DNA from: Calcarisporiella thermophila CBS 279.70 | Taxonomy: Eukaryota > Fungi > Calcarisporiellomycota | Assembly (NCBI RefSeq): GCF_041956535.1 | Contig: NW_027192193.1 | Coordinates: 636,235 to 700,234, forward strand | Direction of reading: 5' to 3' | DNA: 64,000 bases | Part shown: piece after piece, positions 1 through 14,013 of the stretch | Layout of the letters: the number at the start of each line of letters is the position of its first letter | How positions within the stretch are numbered: position 1 is the first letter of the stretch | Program-made: the position numbers and the translations under genes | Notes under the pieces: generated by a model | Told to the model about the DNA's origin: nothing | What the model saw: only the letters and a program-made list of their open reading frames with translations | Database searches by the model: none

Positions 1-92
1 TCCTCTGTTGCGCCTCTCCTGTTGCCTTACTGGCCGCTCTGCTCTTTGTCCTATACTCCCTTTTCTTTGCTTGAATCCTGTGGGCGGCGGCC

Positions 93-3000
93 ATGATAGT
101 ATTCCGCCCCCTTCGCCAAAAACTCGACTCCCTCACTCGCAGCGACGCAGTGAATGAATCCTCCTCCGATGTGGACTTAACATTCGCGCGTCGCCTATCT
201 TCAGTGTCTCCACTCTCACCCCTCTACGCCACTTCGCCTCCATCTAGAGACGATATGGGTACAAAGCAAGCGGCTGGGCTCGCAAAATCTTATGATCCCC
301 AATGCACGACTCGTATCGCTAGGCGCCGATCAGACACTCTTTCATGCTTGAAGGCTGGTGTATTAAGAATTCGACCCGCTATCTCACGCCGTACTTCACA
401 GCCATTCGTTTCAAATCTCTTGACTAAGAAGGAGCTATGCGAAACCTCGCTCTGTCGCTCGCCAACTTCCACATTTTCCATCGCATCCTCTCCTAGTACT
501 GCTTCGATTGCGTCCGTAGATTCATCTATTGATTGGCCTTCCTCTTCTTCGACTACATCATGCTCCTCCTACTCCTCTATTGGGCATACTTCGTCCTGGC
601 TCTCGCACCCTACTGGAAAGTTGTTCAACAAACCCGAATTTGACATGTCTCCCTATACTGATGGAAATTGGCCTGTATCCCTTTCCGGGTCATTGATGCT
701 CAAAGTGTCCGCCAAACGAATGCGATACCGGCTGCTTCGGTTGGATCCGGAGCAGGGTCGGATAATGTGGGATTCAAAGAAAGACGGGATAAGTGAGTGT
801 ATCATCCTGCTGTGTGTTTTTGACAAGTCCATTTTTTCTCATCCCCCATCCGCCTCTCTAGTCAACATCGAGAATATAAAAGATCTGCGTATAGGTCCGG
901 ATGCTCGGATATATCGTGAGCAATTCAAGATATCGTCTGACCAGGAAGAACGCTGGATGTCCATCTTCTATCACCAAAACGGCCGCCAAAAGACATTTCA
1001 CTGCATTGCTCCCACACGCAAAATCTTCAACGACTTTGTGACAGTGCTGCGACGGCTCATGTCCGATCAGAACCAGATCGGTCTGCTCAGATGGCGTAAT
1101 AGCTGCTGGCTGGTGCAACGCTGGAGGGAGGAAATAGCAGGAGATAAGGAGGACCGTGTGAATTTTGAGCAGATTGCCCAATTCTGCCGCCAACTTAATA
1201 TTCAGTATTCAAGAAGGGAGTTGAAAATACGTTTTGATGTGCGCATCTTGACGATGGGATTCCGTCTTCAGATCGAAGGCTAATGACTATTATTCCTTTG
1301 TAGAGCGTGGATGAGCACAACCAGGGAACACTGGGATTTGATGAGTTCACGAAATTCATTAGAGCGCTCAAGGATCGCAGAGAGGTCAACGCCATTTTCC
1401 ACCGATGGGCAAAACAACATGCAGACAAAATCACGCTAAGCGAGTTCAAGCAGTTCATGATGGAGGCGCAAAAGGTGCTGCTGTGAAGATCTCCTTGTTT
1501 TAGTGATCGTTTTACTAGATGAGGCTCCTTATTAGATGTCTGACACCGATGAACGCTTCTCCTCCCTTTACCACAAGTATGCGGATGGTACCGGGTTAAT
1601 GTCGATGGACTGCTTCACAAGCTTCCTCCTCTCATTCACCGACAATGGGCTTATCTCGCCCAACCGCGGCAGCTTGTACGAAGATATGACACTTCCACTT
1701 AACATGTACTTCATTGCAAGTTCCCACAACACGTAAGCAACTACTTTTGAGAGGACGAGGAATTCAACCTTAATTTTATCCGTGTTGTGTCCTAGGTATC
1801 TGCTGGGCCACCAACTAACGGGCCAATCGTCCGTTGAGGGTTACGTTCGCGCTCTTCGTGAGGGGTGCCGATGCGTAGAGTTGGATTGTTGGGATGGCCC
1901 CGATGGGCCGATCATCTACCACGGCCACACGCTGACTACCAAAATCCACTTCAAAGACGCACTGGAAGCAATTGCGCAGCACGCATTCGTTGCCTCTCCC
2001 TACCCGCTGATTCTCTCGCTTGAAGTGCACTGCTGTCTTGAGCAACAGGAGACGATGGCAGCACTGTTGCATCAGGTATTCGGGGATTGTCTCGTAACGC
2101 GGCCGCTACGGGAAAACGAAGCCTGTCTCCCCTCGCCAGCCGAGCTCATGTATCGAGTTCTGATTAAAGGCAAGATCCACCTGCCCCATCATAGCACAAA
2201 TACGCCAGAGACCGAGAGTGAGGGAGACTCTCGCGAGGGAGATTGGTGTACGGAGAGCGAACCTGATGATCCGCCATCGATGCTGTTGGGCTCCCCACCC
2301 ACCATGAAAGAGGTGCAAGGCTCCACAAAGAAGCCGAAAGTTGCCAAAGCGCTTTCAGATTTAGCTGTGTATTGCAAGGCGGTCAAATATCGCACCTTTG
2401 ACGGTAAGCATGGTTTTGCCCTCCTCCTCCTAAAGCACTCGATTTACCTGTTAAAATGCACAACAGTGGCACACCGCTTCCAGGTGCTTTCTTTTTCTGA
2501 ACGGGTGGCCTCGCGTATCTATAGGCAGTGTAAGAGATCATTCGTGGAGTATAATCGCAACTGTATGACGCGCGTCTACCCCGCGGGAACTCGGATAGCC
2601 TCGTCCAATTTCGAGCCCCAAAAATATTGGGCTGCTGGCAGTCAATTCGTGGCGCTAAATTACCAGACATTCGGTACATGCGGCCAAGCTTCTACTCGTT
2701 TTTCAGTGTGGGGCTAATCTTTATTTCATGCGTAGACCGAGGGATGCAGATCAACCGGGCAATGTTCCTGGGCAATGGTAAGAGCGGATACATATTAAAG
2801 CCGGCGTCCATCCGTGCTTCCCATCTCCCAACCCCCCCTGCTTCTCCGATCTATTCGTCAAACTACACTCCTGAACTTTGTTTTGTTTCGTGGGAATGTT
2901 TGTGGGTGGAGGTCGAGATCATCTCGGCGCATCACTTGCACCGTCGTGATTCGAGCACAAGCCCGGTAGTAGGGGTGCGGTCCGATGCTCTGGGCATGGA

Positions 3001-3395
3001 TCCATATTGTGAGGTGGAGCTCCTTGGGCCTGAGGGGTACTCTGTCCGAAGGCGCACCGCCCCTGTGCCGGAGAATGGATTCAATCCTGTGTGGCAGGAG
3101 GGGATGAAGTTCCGCATCATTCGGGACAAGGTGGAGCATGCAGAACTGTTGTTTCTGCGATTCGAGGTATGCGATGAGCAGACAGGGGATATAGTCGGAA
3201 TTTATTGCGCTAGGCTTGTGGATATTCAACAAGGTAGGTGCTGTTGGGACGAGAAATTTAAAAGGTTCATTGTTCTTACCCCTGCTCGCAACAGGATACC
3301 GTAACGTTCCGCTGTATGATGTCAACGGGGAAATGTGTGTGCTGAGTTCTCTCTTGGTGAGAATCGATATTGCGGTGGATAAGAACATTGAATGA
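93..3395 (+). CDS. PLC1: Phosphoinositide-specific phospholipase C (PH, EF-hand, X/Y catalytic boxes, C2); 8 exons
   Basis: X-box motifs [30 protein letters not shown]; Y-box [14 protein letters not shown] and ALNYQTFDRGM; C2 motif NGFNPVW; seven GT-AG introns join the ORF fragments; TGA at 3393-3395. Confidence 0.95.
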
Positions 3396-4075
3396 AACTT
3401 CCCTCATTCTTTTCGGTTTTTTCTTTTTTTCCAAAACGAACTTGGGCGGATAGATGGATGGGTCTAATGCTTCTGAGTTTTTTTCGGATAGACTTTTGTT
3501 TCCCCCTCTTTTTCGCTTTTTCCTCTATTCTGCGAACAAAATTTGAATATTTAGCGTGTAATATTGACGATTTCCCCCTCAAAATTATATAATCTTTTTA
3601 TTTTCCTTTGTCTTGTTGTACTTTGTGCCTGTAAGAAGAAAAAATGTTGTTGCTACCTTTTATTTTTTTTCTTTTCTTTTTGCTCGTTAATCAGTTTTAT
3701 TTCCCCCTTTTTCTTTCTTTACGTTTATATATATATATATATTTCATACTTTATTGCGCACAAATTGAAAACAAAAATATACCAACTTATTTTTTTTTTT
3801 GCTGTAACTCTGCTTATGGCACTTCTTTGTTTTTAGATGAACCCAATCTTGCTTAATCTCCAGACTTTTCCATATCCATGAGATTCTCTAAATAGGCGCT
3901 TTAATTCCTTTAAATATATTCGTACATTTCAGCTTTCGCTTATATAATTCACGTGGTAACCTTTATACACAGAGAAGACGACAAGAAAGACCTCTCACTT
4001 TTGATAATAGAATGGGATAAAAATACTTGCTGTGTGAAGAGGGGGGGGGAGTGGGGAGGGAGAACAAGATCCATT

Positions 4076-5025
4076 TCATGCCGATACCCCGGCAATGGGG
4101 GCCTCTTTCGCTTGCTGCCGTGCTAGCGCCTCTTTGCGACGCTTTTGTGAAGCAATGTAGGCCTGGCGCATGGCGAAATAGTCCTTATGCAACCCACACT
4201 CTGTCTTTTCTCGGCCCTGCCACCTTCCGCTTCGCTCGTTGGAGGGGTCGGTGGTTGGACGGGTGCTGTGCCAGTCTCCAATGGATCGGTAGCCGCGGTC
4301 GAGAAGGGGGTTATATGGCACCTCGTTGGCTTGGATGTAGGCCCGAACGCGGGCAAAGTCCCAGCTGGCGAGGGGGTTGAGTTTGAGAAGCCCGGTGCTC
4401 TTCTCCACCTCAAGGATTGGGATGTTCTCGCGGTCGCCCTTCTGACTTCGGCGACGGCCTGTGATCACGGCCGCGACATTGAGTTCGGTGTAGGCGCGGC
4501 GAGCAGGTTCCACCTTGACCAGGTAGTCGTAGGTGGCCTCGTCGGTCTCCCAGAGACGCTCCCCGTGCACTTGCTCAAAGTCCTGTGTGGTTTGGCAGTC
4601 TTGCGGGCGATAGATATGCAGAGGCGCGTTGTAGTGCTTTGAAACACGATCAGCGAGCTCGACGGTCTCGGTGAAGTGGTAGAGCGTATCAAGGAAGATG
4701 AGCGGGACGAGGTGTTTCGGCTGAGCATCTCCTTCCTGTAAGGCGCGCTCCACGCTAATTTTGGAGATCATGTCCAAGATGACGAGGCCTAATCGATGGA
4801 CAGCGATGTTAGATAAGATATCTGACCATCCCGCACCCCTATATAGCCCCACTAACCTGTCAAGCCAAAGGCAGTCGTCTGATAGAGGTTGGGGAGTGAT
4901 ATCATCGCCCATTCCAGGATTTTTTCGGCTGGGAGCTGGGAGAGTTGTTGGTTGAGGTAGTCTAGGTGAGCTTGGGTGAAGCCGACAGGCACCGCGTTGG
5001 CTTGAACTTCGTCTGAGGGGGTCAT
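4076..5025 (-). CDS. MET16: PAPS reductase (sulfate assimilation); 2 exons
   Basis: Exon 1 MTPSDE...LYQTTAFGLTG splices to LVILDM; motifs IFLDTLYHF, TGRRRSQ, GYRSIGD and C-terminal ECGLH; lacks the CC and CxxC Fe-S ligands of APS reductases. Confidence 0.95.
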
Positions 5026-5612
5026 ATTTATATTTGCAAAGGGATAGATAGTCGCGTGCAGGATGTTCAGGAGAAACAGGAAAACAAAAAGACAAGCGGT
5101 GCTTAACCTCCCTGGTGCACTCTTTTTAAATAGAAAAAAAAGGAGACCAAAAGATAAAATGGAAGCAGAAGCTATTAGGTTGATTCAAAAGATATGTTGA
5201 ATTAGGTAACCAATCAACGCTTTATTGCGTGATTGATCCAATTTTTTGACCATCGAGACTTCTGTGACGACTGCTTTTCCGAATTTGTCACGCTTGATTT
5301 CTAATTACCTTAAATAATTGAAAACTTCCGAGTAACGCCAGCAGAGTTTCGAGCTAGAGAGGCTCTGACACCCACCGCCCCCTGCAGGCGGGAGGTTAGG
5401 TTAAAAAACAAAAGGCAAGCTTAAGAACAAACTTGGGGGAACTTTGGTTTCGAGTTTGGTATTGATTGCCCTCGGATTCAGCACCGCCCTTCTCTCGGTG
5501 GAATTCCTTATATAAGTTGAATGCGCCCATCTTTCTCCAGGGCGGAAAATGGTTTTTTCATAATGATGCAGATGAAAAAGGGTTTGCCGTGGATGGAAAT
5601 TACCGATTTTAT

Positions 5613-6360
5613 TCAAACATCTAAACCCGATTCACGCGCATCTAAAAGTTTCTTGATGTGTAGATTGAGGAAATGCTGCTCTAGCGTGGATTTTGGCAGC
5701 GAATTTGCTCCACGCACAGTTCCAATGCACTAGAAATCGAAAAGGGGAAGGCCGGTTAATCGTCGAGTATACACCTGGGGAGCCACGTGGGGGGGTGGCA
5801 TAGCCGGCCATGATTACATACCTTTGCCGATTTACACCAACATTGGAAGGGTTGGTCTGAGATTTGGAAAAGCAGATTAGTGATTACCAGTGAGCTGCTC
5901 ATCAGGAATTGGACTTACCCATGTCCCATTCGCTGTCATTCGACCGAGCATAAAGAGAGAGAGAAAAAAAAAACAGAGTTTACGTCAGAATGGAGTAAGC
6001 TCGCCCACAGAAGACATCTGCTTACGTAGACGGATAGAAAAAGGTCAGCTGCTCACCGGCCTGTATGTCCTTCGCTGCTCGCACCTCCATTGCCTGAGTG
6101 TCAATAAAGCATGTGGGATCGCAGGCATGGTTCATGTAGACGAGATCGCTGTTGAGCTCGATGTGCTTGTCCTTGTCCACCTGGACGGTGGTGTACCGTT
6201 TTGGCCCTGGGGTGGCCGTGGTGATGGAGGCTACGAGATCTCCCTTGGCGAAATTCCGGGTCGCAACCAGGCCCGACTTGAAATTGCCGGGCGAAAACCG
6301 CACCTCAAACAGATGCGGATGAGTGGGGATGTAGTCATGCGATTGGTCGTTGGGCGGCAT
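5613..6360 (-). CDS. Small stand-alone SET / post-SET domain protein; 4 exons including a 14-nt microexon
   Basis: MNHACDP and LTFFYPSTEWDM SET motifs; post-SET FQCWC...C; microexon 5919-5932 flanked by AG and GTAAGT. Confidence 0.85.
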
Positions 6361-7126
6361 TGCTTTCGCTAGGGAGAGAGCGGCGGAAAATTTGCAGAGT
6401 CGGCGAGGGCAGAATGCCCGGCTTTAAGTGTGCGGAGTGACACAGAATCAAAAGGAGCTTCAAATGATAGGCGATTGTGCGGCTGTGGAACTTGCACGTG
6501 AAGATCCGTTGATAGGTGCCACTCCCACACTCCTGATTCTCCCACGCTGTTGCGATAATCGCCGTCGCCACCCCATGGCCTTGCGCCGCTCTTCCGTACA
6601 GGCGGCACGATGGGCTGAAGAGTCGTGGGCATGCGTGTCCCACCCGGTGAACGCGGCATCAGCTTCGGCCACGGGATCAGCGGCAATAAGCCTCCTGCCG
6701 CGCGTATTTAATATAATCCTTTTGGCTAAGCGATGGATTGATGCATGAAGGCCTCTCCAATCGACTAGAAGGGCATCGGAACCTTCCTATGAGATGAAAA
6801 CCTAGTTTGCACCTCTCTTCCACGTGGCATTTATGGCACAGTGCAGCCAGGAACAGCTTGGCATTCAAACAGCATGAAATCGTGTTGTGCTCATGTTAGA
6901 AAAGTTTCTATAGGCCATAAACTGAATGGGTTGGCTTAAACTTCTCTTGCCCGAGGCTCTCTAACAAACACGCAGAGAATCTTTCACGCAAAAGCATGTG
7001 GAAGCAGGAAAAAGCAAACAACGGCCTAACTAGACTCTGCTATTTGTAACGATTGGGATTTGGGTGGCTTAAATTAATAGAGCGGTCCCATGTACCACGC
7101 TGTTTCCCACACTGTAACCATTCTCA

Positions 7127-8181
<1,055 letters not shown>

Positions 8182-8407
8182 GCGTGTAACGGAGGAGGAC
8201 TACTGTTTATTCTTTCCAAAAAAAAAAACAATAAAACTGTATTTACAAACAGTTTAAGTTAATCAGGAGATGAGGTAAAAAGTAAAAGCCGACGGTTTTT
8301 TTTACGCTGTAGGTAGTATATATATTGGAGGGGAAGGTCTAATAAAGATGAGGAATGGAATGGGAATGGACAGGGAAATTTTTTTTTAAGGAGCGTGGTG
8401 GTTTCAG

Positions 8408-10119
8408 TTATCTTTTGCCATCATTGAATTTAGTGTGCTCTATCGCGTGGGTCGTTTCGTAGTCAATGTGCACCTATAAAGTAAAATTAGTATGTTTTAC
8501 TGAGGGTTAGAGCCAATGTATGCACGGTCTACTCACGAAACAGCGCTCCACGTTCTCCATTTGTTCAACCAACTCCTGCAGCGCTTCGCCAATATCGTGG
8601 GCATAATTCAGGGGAGCATCGGGCGGTAGGACGATGTCGATTTCGACAAAAAGCCTTTCTGTAACATGATACGCTCGGACCTATGGAACAGCACATGAAT
8701 ACGTCAGCCATTAAGCTCGAGTCAGAGTGGTAGATAGAGTGACGAACCGTATCGACTTGCAAAATACTGGGGCTAAAACGATAGGCCATATAGGTGAATT
8801 GCTTAAGTTCATCAGGGCTCGCGGATTTTCCGCCCAGTTGCCGGATGTTTTCTTAATATTGACGCAGAAGGGATTAGCAGTCAAGAAGAGGAGTGCTGTG
8901 TAATAGGTAGGTATTTACCGATCAATACAGAGAGCCACTCGTAGATGATGTAGATACAAAGACCAATGGCACCTACAGGATCGAACCACCAGAGACGGGT
9001 TTCTTGGGCTGTAGAGCAAAGATAGGCACATGAGTTTACAATTCATACCCAGAGAAATGCTTCGCTGCCACTGACCTATGATGGGAAAAATGGTACTAGT
9101 AATATTAAATACCACATCGTTCTCATGATCTTGTGCAAGCGCCTGAACACTGGAGCTGCCCCGGATGGAACGACACCACAGCCAGAGGACTGCCTTGGAT
9201 ATAATATTTACAATGAGCAATACAATCGTGATGGTGTCCATTTGGAGTGCCTCGCTCCCTTCGTCAGGGTGTGCTAAGCGCTGCACCGACTGCACAAGCA
9301 CTTGGGAAAAGGAAACGGCCACAATAACAGCAAACACGACAATGCCAAGGGGTTCCATTCTCGACTAAGAAAAGAGAGTATGAGTAAACAAGAAAGGTTC
9401 CCTAAGCATAGTCTATACCCTACCTTCCCGACAGGATAGCTATAATAGTCCCGATGTTCTATGTATCGAATGGTATAGAATATGATGGCATTCGAAAGCA
9501 GATCTAGAAAACTCTCAAAAGCCGAGGCAAGAATGGCCAAACTTCCTGAAATCAATGAAACGAAGATTTTGGTACCGAACATTACAAGATTGACGAAAAA
9601 CGAGACGTTGATAGCAAGAGCAATGATAGTCTCAGATGACCGTTTTGAGCGGCGACGAATCAGCGGCCGATCGCTTCCGTCTAAAGTGGCCTCTTCATCA
9701 ACGGCATTGTTTGTTTCTCCATTGTAGGTAAGGGCATTCGATCCATCTATGATGGCATCGATTGCGGCAAAGCTATCCAATATCTCATTTTGACGCTACA
9801 ATAGAATCAAAGGCGAATTCATGTCAGCAAATGATGCAGTGGAAAAGGCACAAAAGAATGAAGTGGATAAGCAGGCACACATGGAGCCGAGAGGCCGGCC
9901 TGGAGAAGAAAAGGATGTGGAGCGAACATCCAACTCCATTACCTCATAGAACTGTCGAACTTTTTTATTTTTGATTTCGCGGAGCTCCTCTTCCGATTTC
10001 CTAAACCGCTGGAATTCACTGGGGGGGGGAATGATGGAGGTTGGTAAGGAGTAGGTGGAGGAGCTGTTTCTACCGTTTGGATCGTTGTTGGTTTGGGAAG
10101 GGAATGTGTTATATGACAT
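8408..10119 (-). CDS. Cation diffusion facilitator, Mn-CDF (MTP8/MTP11-like) clade
   Basis: KKVRQFYERQNE, SGSLAILASAFESFLD, YPVGKSRMEPLG, LAQDHEND, C-terminal VERCFVHIDYE. Confidence 0.9.
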
Positions 10120-11189
10120 AGTTTTGTTACTGGGAAGACCATGAAAAGAGGGTGTGTTTAATAATAAAAAAAATCGACCGCGGCAAATTGAACACAGCCT
10201 AGCCATCAGATATAAATCAGCTCAGGGCATACAAATAGAACCTTCACTGGAATCCGCCAGAAAGTAAATGAGTTGGTATTTCTAAATTCGATCCATCCGA
10301 GTGTAAGCTCTCGCGCATCAGCTGGTCGTGGCTTTCTTTCTTGCGGTCGATCAGCTGGTTGAATCCCTTTAAACACCCTGGGTCGCCGGCGTCTGATGCT
10401 GTCTCGGCTTTGAGAGGTGTCAACCCTATAATTCACCATCAATCGTCCCGATGCCTCATCCCACCAGTGGCAGGCATAACATTGCAAGGCGCATTCGATT
10501 TATTGGGGTGAGCGTTTCCATTCTAAGCCTGACTGCTGTATGTTTTTTTTGACATTTTTCGTGTTTAATTAAGCTGTGGAATCGACAGCGTGGAATCCTG
10601 ATGGAAAAAGAAAAATCCATGGCAATCGTAGGGCGTCTAAGGCGCTGATTCAGATACTTTTGAGAGCATGCAGAAGTAGATCAGGTACGGTATGCCGTGC
10701 ATGCATTGGGGCGTCAAGAGTGGGTCTGCAGAGATTAGGTTGGGATTTGATATTTATCCGATTACGGCCAACCCTCTGCACGCAATTCCTGTCCAACTAC
10801 CGAGAGCATTGTGTCACCCCTGGAAAGGAATTTCAATTTTCCTTTGCAGATGTCGCGCTAGCGGGGCCTCCATTAAAACAAATCTATTTTCAATAACCTA
10901 GAAGAGGATCCAAAGGATATATAGGGGTTTACATCAAGGCACTTGGAGCTAATGAATCGAAAAAAATAAAAACTAGATGATAAGGTGACGATATAAGCTA
11001 AAGGAATAATATCGGAGATTACCAATCCCCCCCTGAATAATAGGAGAGACGGGGCCTAAATCAAGACACAAAAATTACATTTATACTGAGGAGAATAAAT
11101 AGTACTAAGGTAGAAAGGCGGGGTATCTATATTACGGCCTGGATTACACGAAGATATAATTTGTTCAATAAAATAGGGTGTAGAAGCAA

Positions 11190-13192
11190 TTAGGGTTGCG
11201 CTTGTATAATATAGTTGACCACGCTTCGATCCAGGTATTGGCTCACGTCGTCGTATTCCTTATCCGCAGTGGACCCATTGGGAGCGCTGTGCTGGGGCGG
11301 AGGTGGGGGCGGACCATCTTGATCACTTCCGAGATAGTCCCGTTGCCAATTCTCAAAGTAGGTGTTGTCCGACACCATGCGTCCCTTGCCTTTGAAATTA
11401 AAAGTGGGGCTGCGCGGGCTGCGCGGTGTAATGGGGGAGGACACCCCCGTATAGGATGACGAGGAAGGGAACGATGGGGATACTGGAGGCGACTGCTGCG
11501 ATACCGACTGCAGTTGTCGTGGCTGCTGCATTAGACTTGAGAATGCGGCGCTAAAATCCTCCTGCAATTCACTCGCCTCTGCCCTACTAATATTCGAGTG
11601 GGCAGCAAGCTGGTGTTCTGGAGCCACTGTCTCACCGACCAGCGGGACCAGCGCATTCCACCAACGTAACATTTCTTCGCGGTTACCCGCGCGAAGCACG
11701 TATTTAGCATCGCGTGAGATAAACGCCCCAGCTCCGTACTTCTGCGCAACTATTTCGATAGAATTCTCAGGCTTTCCTGGAACAGAATGTGCACCTATTA
11801 GGAAGCGGGTTAATTTGGAATGAAATATAAACTTCACCCCTAAAAGAAATATACCTAAGGCGCACTCGGGGAGATACACCGATTGATCCGGCTCCAATAA
11901 ATGCCCCGGGTCGTCTGAACGGAATTCATGCAGATATCCTGAAGGGGTAAGCACGTAGTATCGCTCAAGCCAGCGTCCAAACATGGCCTTGCGCTCAAGG
12001 TGCCCTTTGAGGACAGGTCTTACGAAAACGTGGTCGCGCTGACTGTAGTAGATATCGTCGGCCACCTTGGGAGGGAGATTGGGGTTTAGGAGGTTGCGGC
12101 GATTGCGCTCCTCGAAAACCCTCCACTCTGCTTGAGGGTCTAACTGCTCCGAAGCACGAACTGCGTCTTCCATCGCAATTTTGACGGGCTCTTCGCCGAT
12201 GGCGAACCCTTCCTTACTTGAGAGAACAGCAGACTTAAGGCCGCCCACCAATCGACTCTCGGCGGTAGCCACGCGATCTTGAAGATTGGTGAGGGCACTC
12301 TGGATTGCATTCTCTTCAGCGAGCTCGCGGTGGATAGCACGGCGTACTGCGAGATGATCCAAATAGGGGTCACGTCTGCCAGCAGGTTGATTCTGGGAAT
12401 CGCGAGCCAACTCCTCTACAAGCATAGTGAAAAAAAAAGAATGTGATAAAGGAATGGTTTAACATGACGATCGTATTATTATTAAAAAAAGTCAATCTAA
12501 TTACCGGGTGCGTATTCAGCGAAGGCAATGGACTGAGAAAGTTCAAGAATACGACGTTTTGTGCAGGCTCGAAGTTCAGCAAGTTGATGGTTCGTTAACA
12601 ATGCGTCACGACGGATCCGCTCCATAGGTGGTTTTACTTCCTCGTTCTTGAGCCGGGAAAGCTCTCGGAGGATATTTTCTCGGAAATAGGTTGCACGACG
12701 CGAGTGTGCAGCGGCCTTAAGCCGGGTTACTTGGCGTATAGAGGCAAGCATGTCTTGAATGCCTCCACATCCGGTGCCCGAAGCTGCCTCAAGTCCAAGT
12801 GGAAGAAACTCGTCTCCGTCAAGGGGCACTTCGATACGTTCTGCGGCACGGGTATATGCGCGAGCGAGTTTTTCTTCAGCATTGGCAATTTCTTCGTAAT
12901 GTAAAGCGACAAGGCGGAGGACATATTTCCAGGCAGTAAGACGGCCATGGAGTAGGTCTACAGGGTGTTCACTCTGACGTTCAGTAGTGCTGCAACTCTT
13001 GCTCCTTATGCCCCCTCCTCCTCCAGTTGGGGGGCATATGCGGCGTGTTCGGCTCCTCCCTCGGGGAGTGTATGCCATATCGAATGAACCTCTACGCATC
13101 TGACGGTAACTGACTCTCTCTTGATTATGGGCCACCTCGCCGGAATCCAGATGGACAGCGTCATCACCATTTCTATTAATTGGGGCCGTCAT
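11190..13192 (-). CDS. Slm1-like coiled-coil/BAR plus PH domain protein
   Basis: RLTAWK and RDPYL helical region; PH motifs KGHLERK, RYYVLTPSGYLHEF, EEMLRWW; two introns (~12418-12503 and ~11795-11853). Confidence 0.75.
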
Positions 13193-14013
13193 TTTCAACG
13201 CAACGAGACGAGTAGCGAAACAATTCAAAGAGAACTGTGAAGCAGAGAAAGAAAAGGCGCACGGGATTTGAATCTCGATATATATACAAACAAGAGAGGT
13301 AGAGCGAGCTGGGCTGGTTGGTTTGGGGTTTTATTGAAAAATGGGTATACTACGCTTCGAGGAAAAAAGGCCAGCTGCAGCAAGGCTTTGTTCGTTAGCT
13401 GTTCGTATTCAGGCAAACCAATCAGATCCTCCTCACACGATCGCCCTCGGAAAGAGAGATGGTAGCAAATCAATTGCTCCAATCCCCGACGCGGTTCATA
13501 CGACTGAGCCTGAGCCTCCTGTGTGGCAGAGCGAGTTTCAGAAGCGTCGTCATCTCTCTCAGTTTGTTGGATTTTTATTTAGTCATAGAAGAACTTGCTC
13601 ATCAGCTCCTAGATGCGACAAACGACGTCGAGAAACGGGGTGTTGAAGGCTGTTAAAAATATTCTCCACCCTCAATCGGCGCAGCATGTCTTCCTGAAAT
13701 CGTGAGTATATTTGAAGTTTACGAGTAAGCTATACTCATTAGATCGGAAGGTCATACTAATAGCATCAATCTTGGGCAATTATTATTTCCTCTGGGGAGG
13801 TGTGGCACCCAAAAGAGATGGAAGAGGCTATTTTTATGCTTTGAGTATCACAAATCACGTTTCGATTCCCTTTGAATTTAAATTTAAATTGTCCTTGCAT
13901 TCTTCCCCTGTGTTTTCCGCAGAGTGCTCGTGCCTCGTGTTTATTTATTATGCAAGAGTGATTAAAGATAAGATACTATATACAATTGACATGCAAAAAT
14001 AAAAAAAAGGTTA

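Noticed and set aside
3392-3856. Hydrophobic short ORFs downstream of PLC
   Set aside because: T-rich 3' UTR sequence producing Phe/Leu-rich spurious ORFs.
3969-3978. ACAGAGAAGA matching the U6 ACAGAGA box
   Set aside because: No following TTAGC or internal stem-loop; likely a chance match.
6610-6700. TPP riboswitch resemblance (GCTGA..ACCC..GAAC)
   Set aside because: Lacks CTGAGA, the TGAT core and the GNTAAT loop.
6718-6730. CCTTTTGGCTAAG matching the U2 snRNA 5' region
   Set aside because: Only 13 nt match; no GTGTAGTA branch-pairing segment or Sm site follows.
5784-6826. CACGTG (Cbf1-like) sites near MET16
   Set aside because: They lie in the SET intron or upstream of SET, not in the MET16 proximal promoter, and 6-mers occur often by chance.
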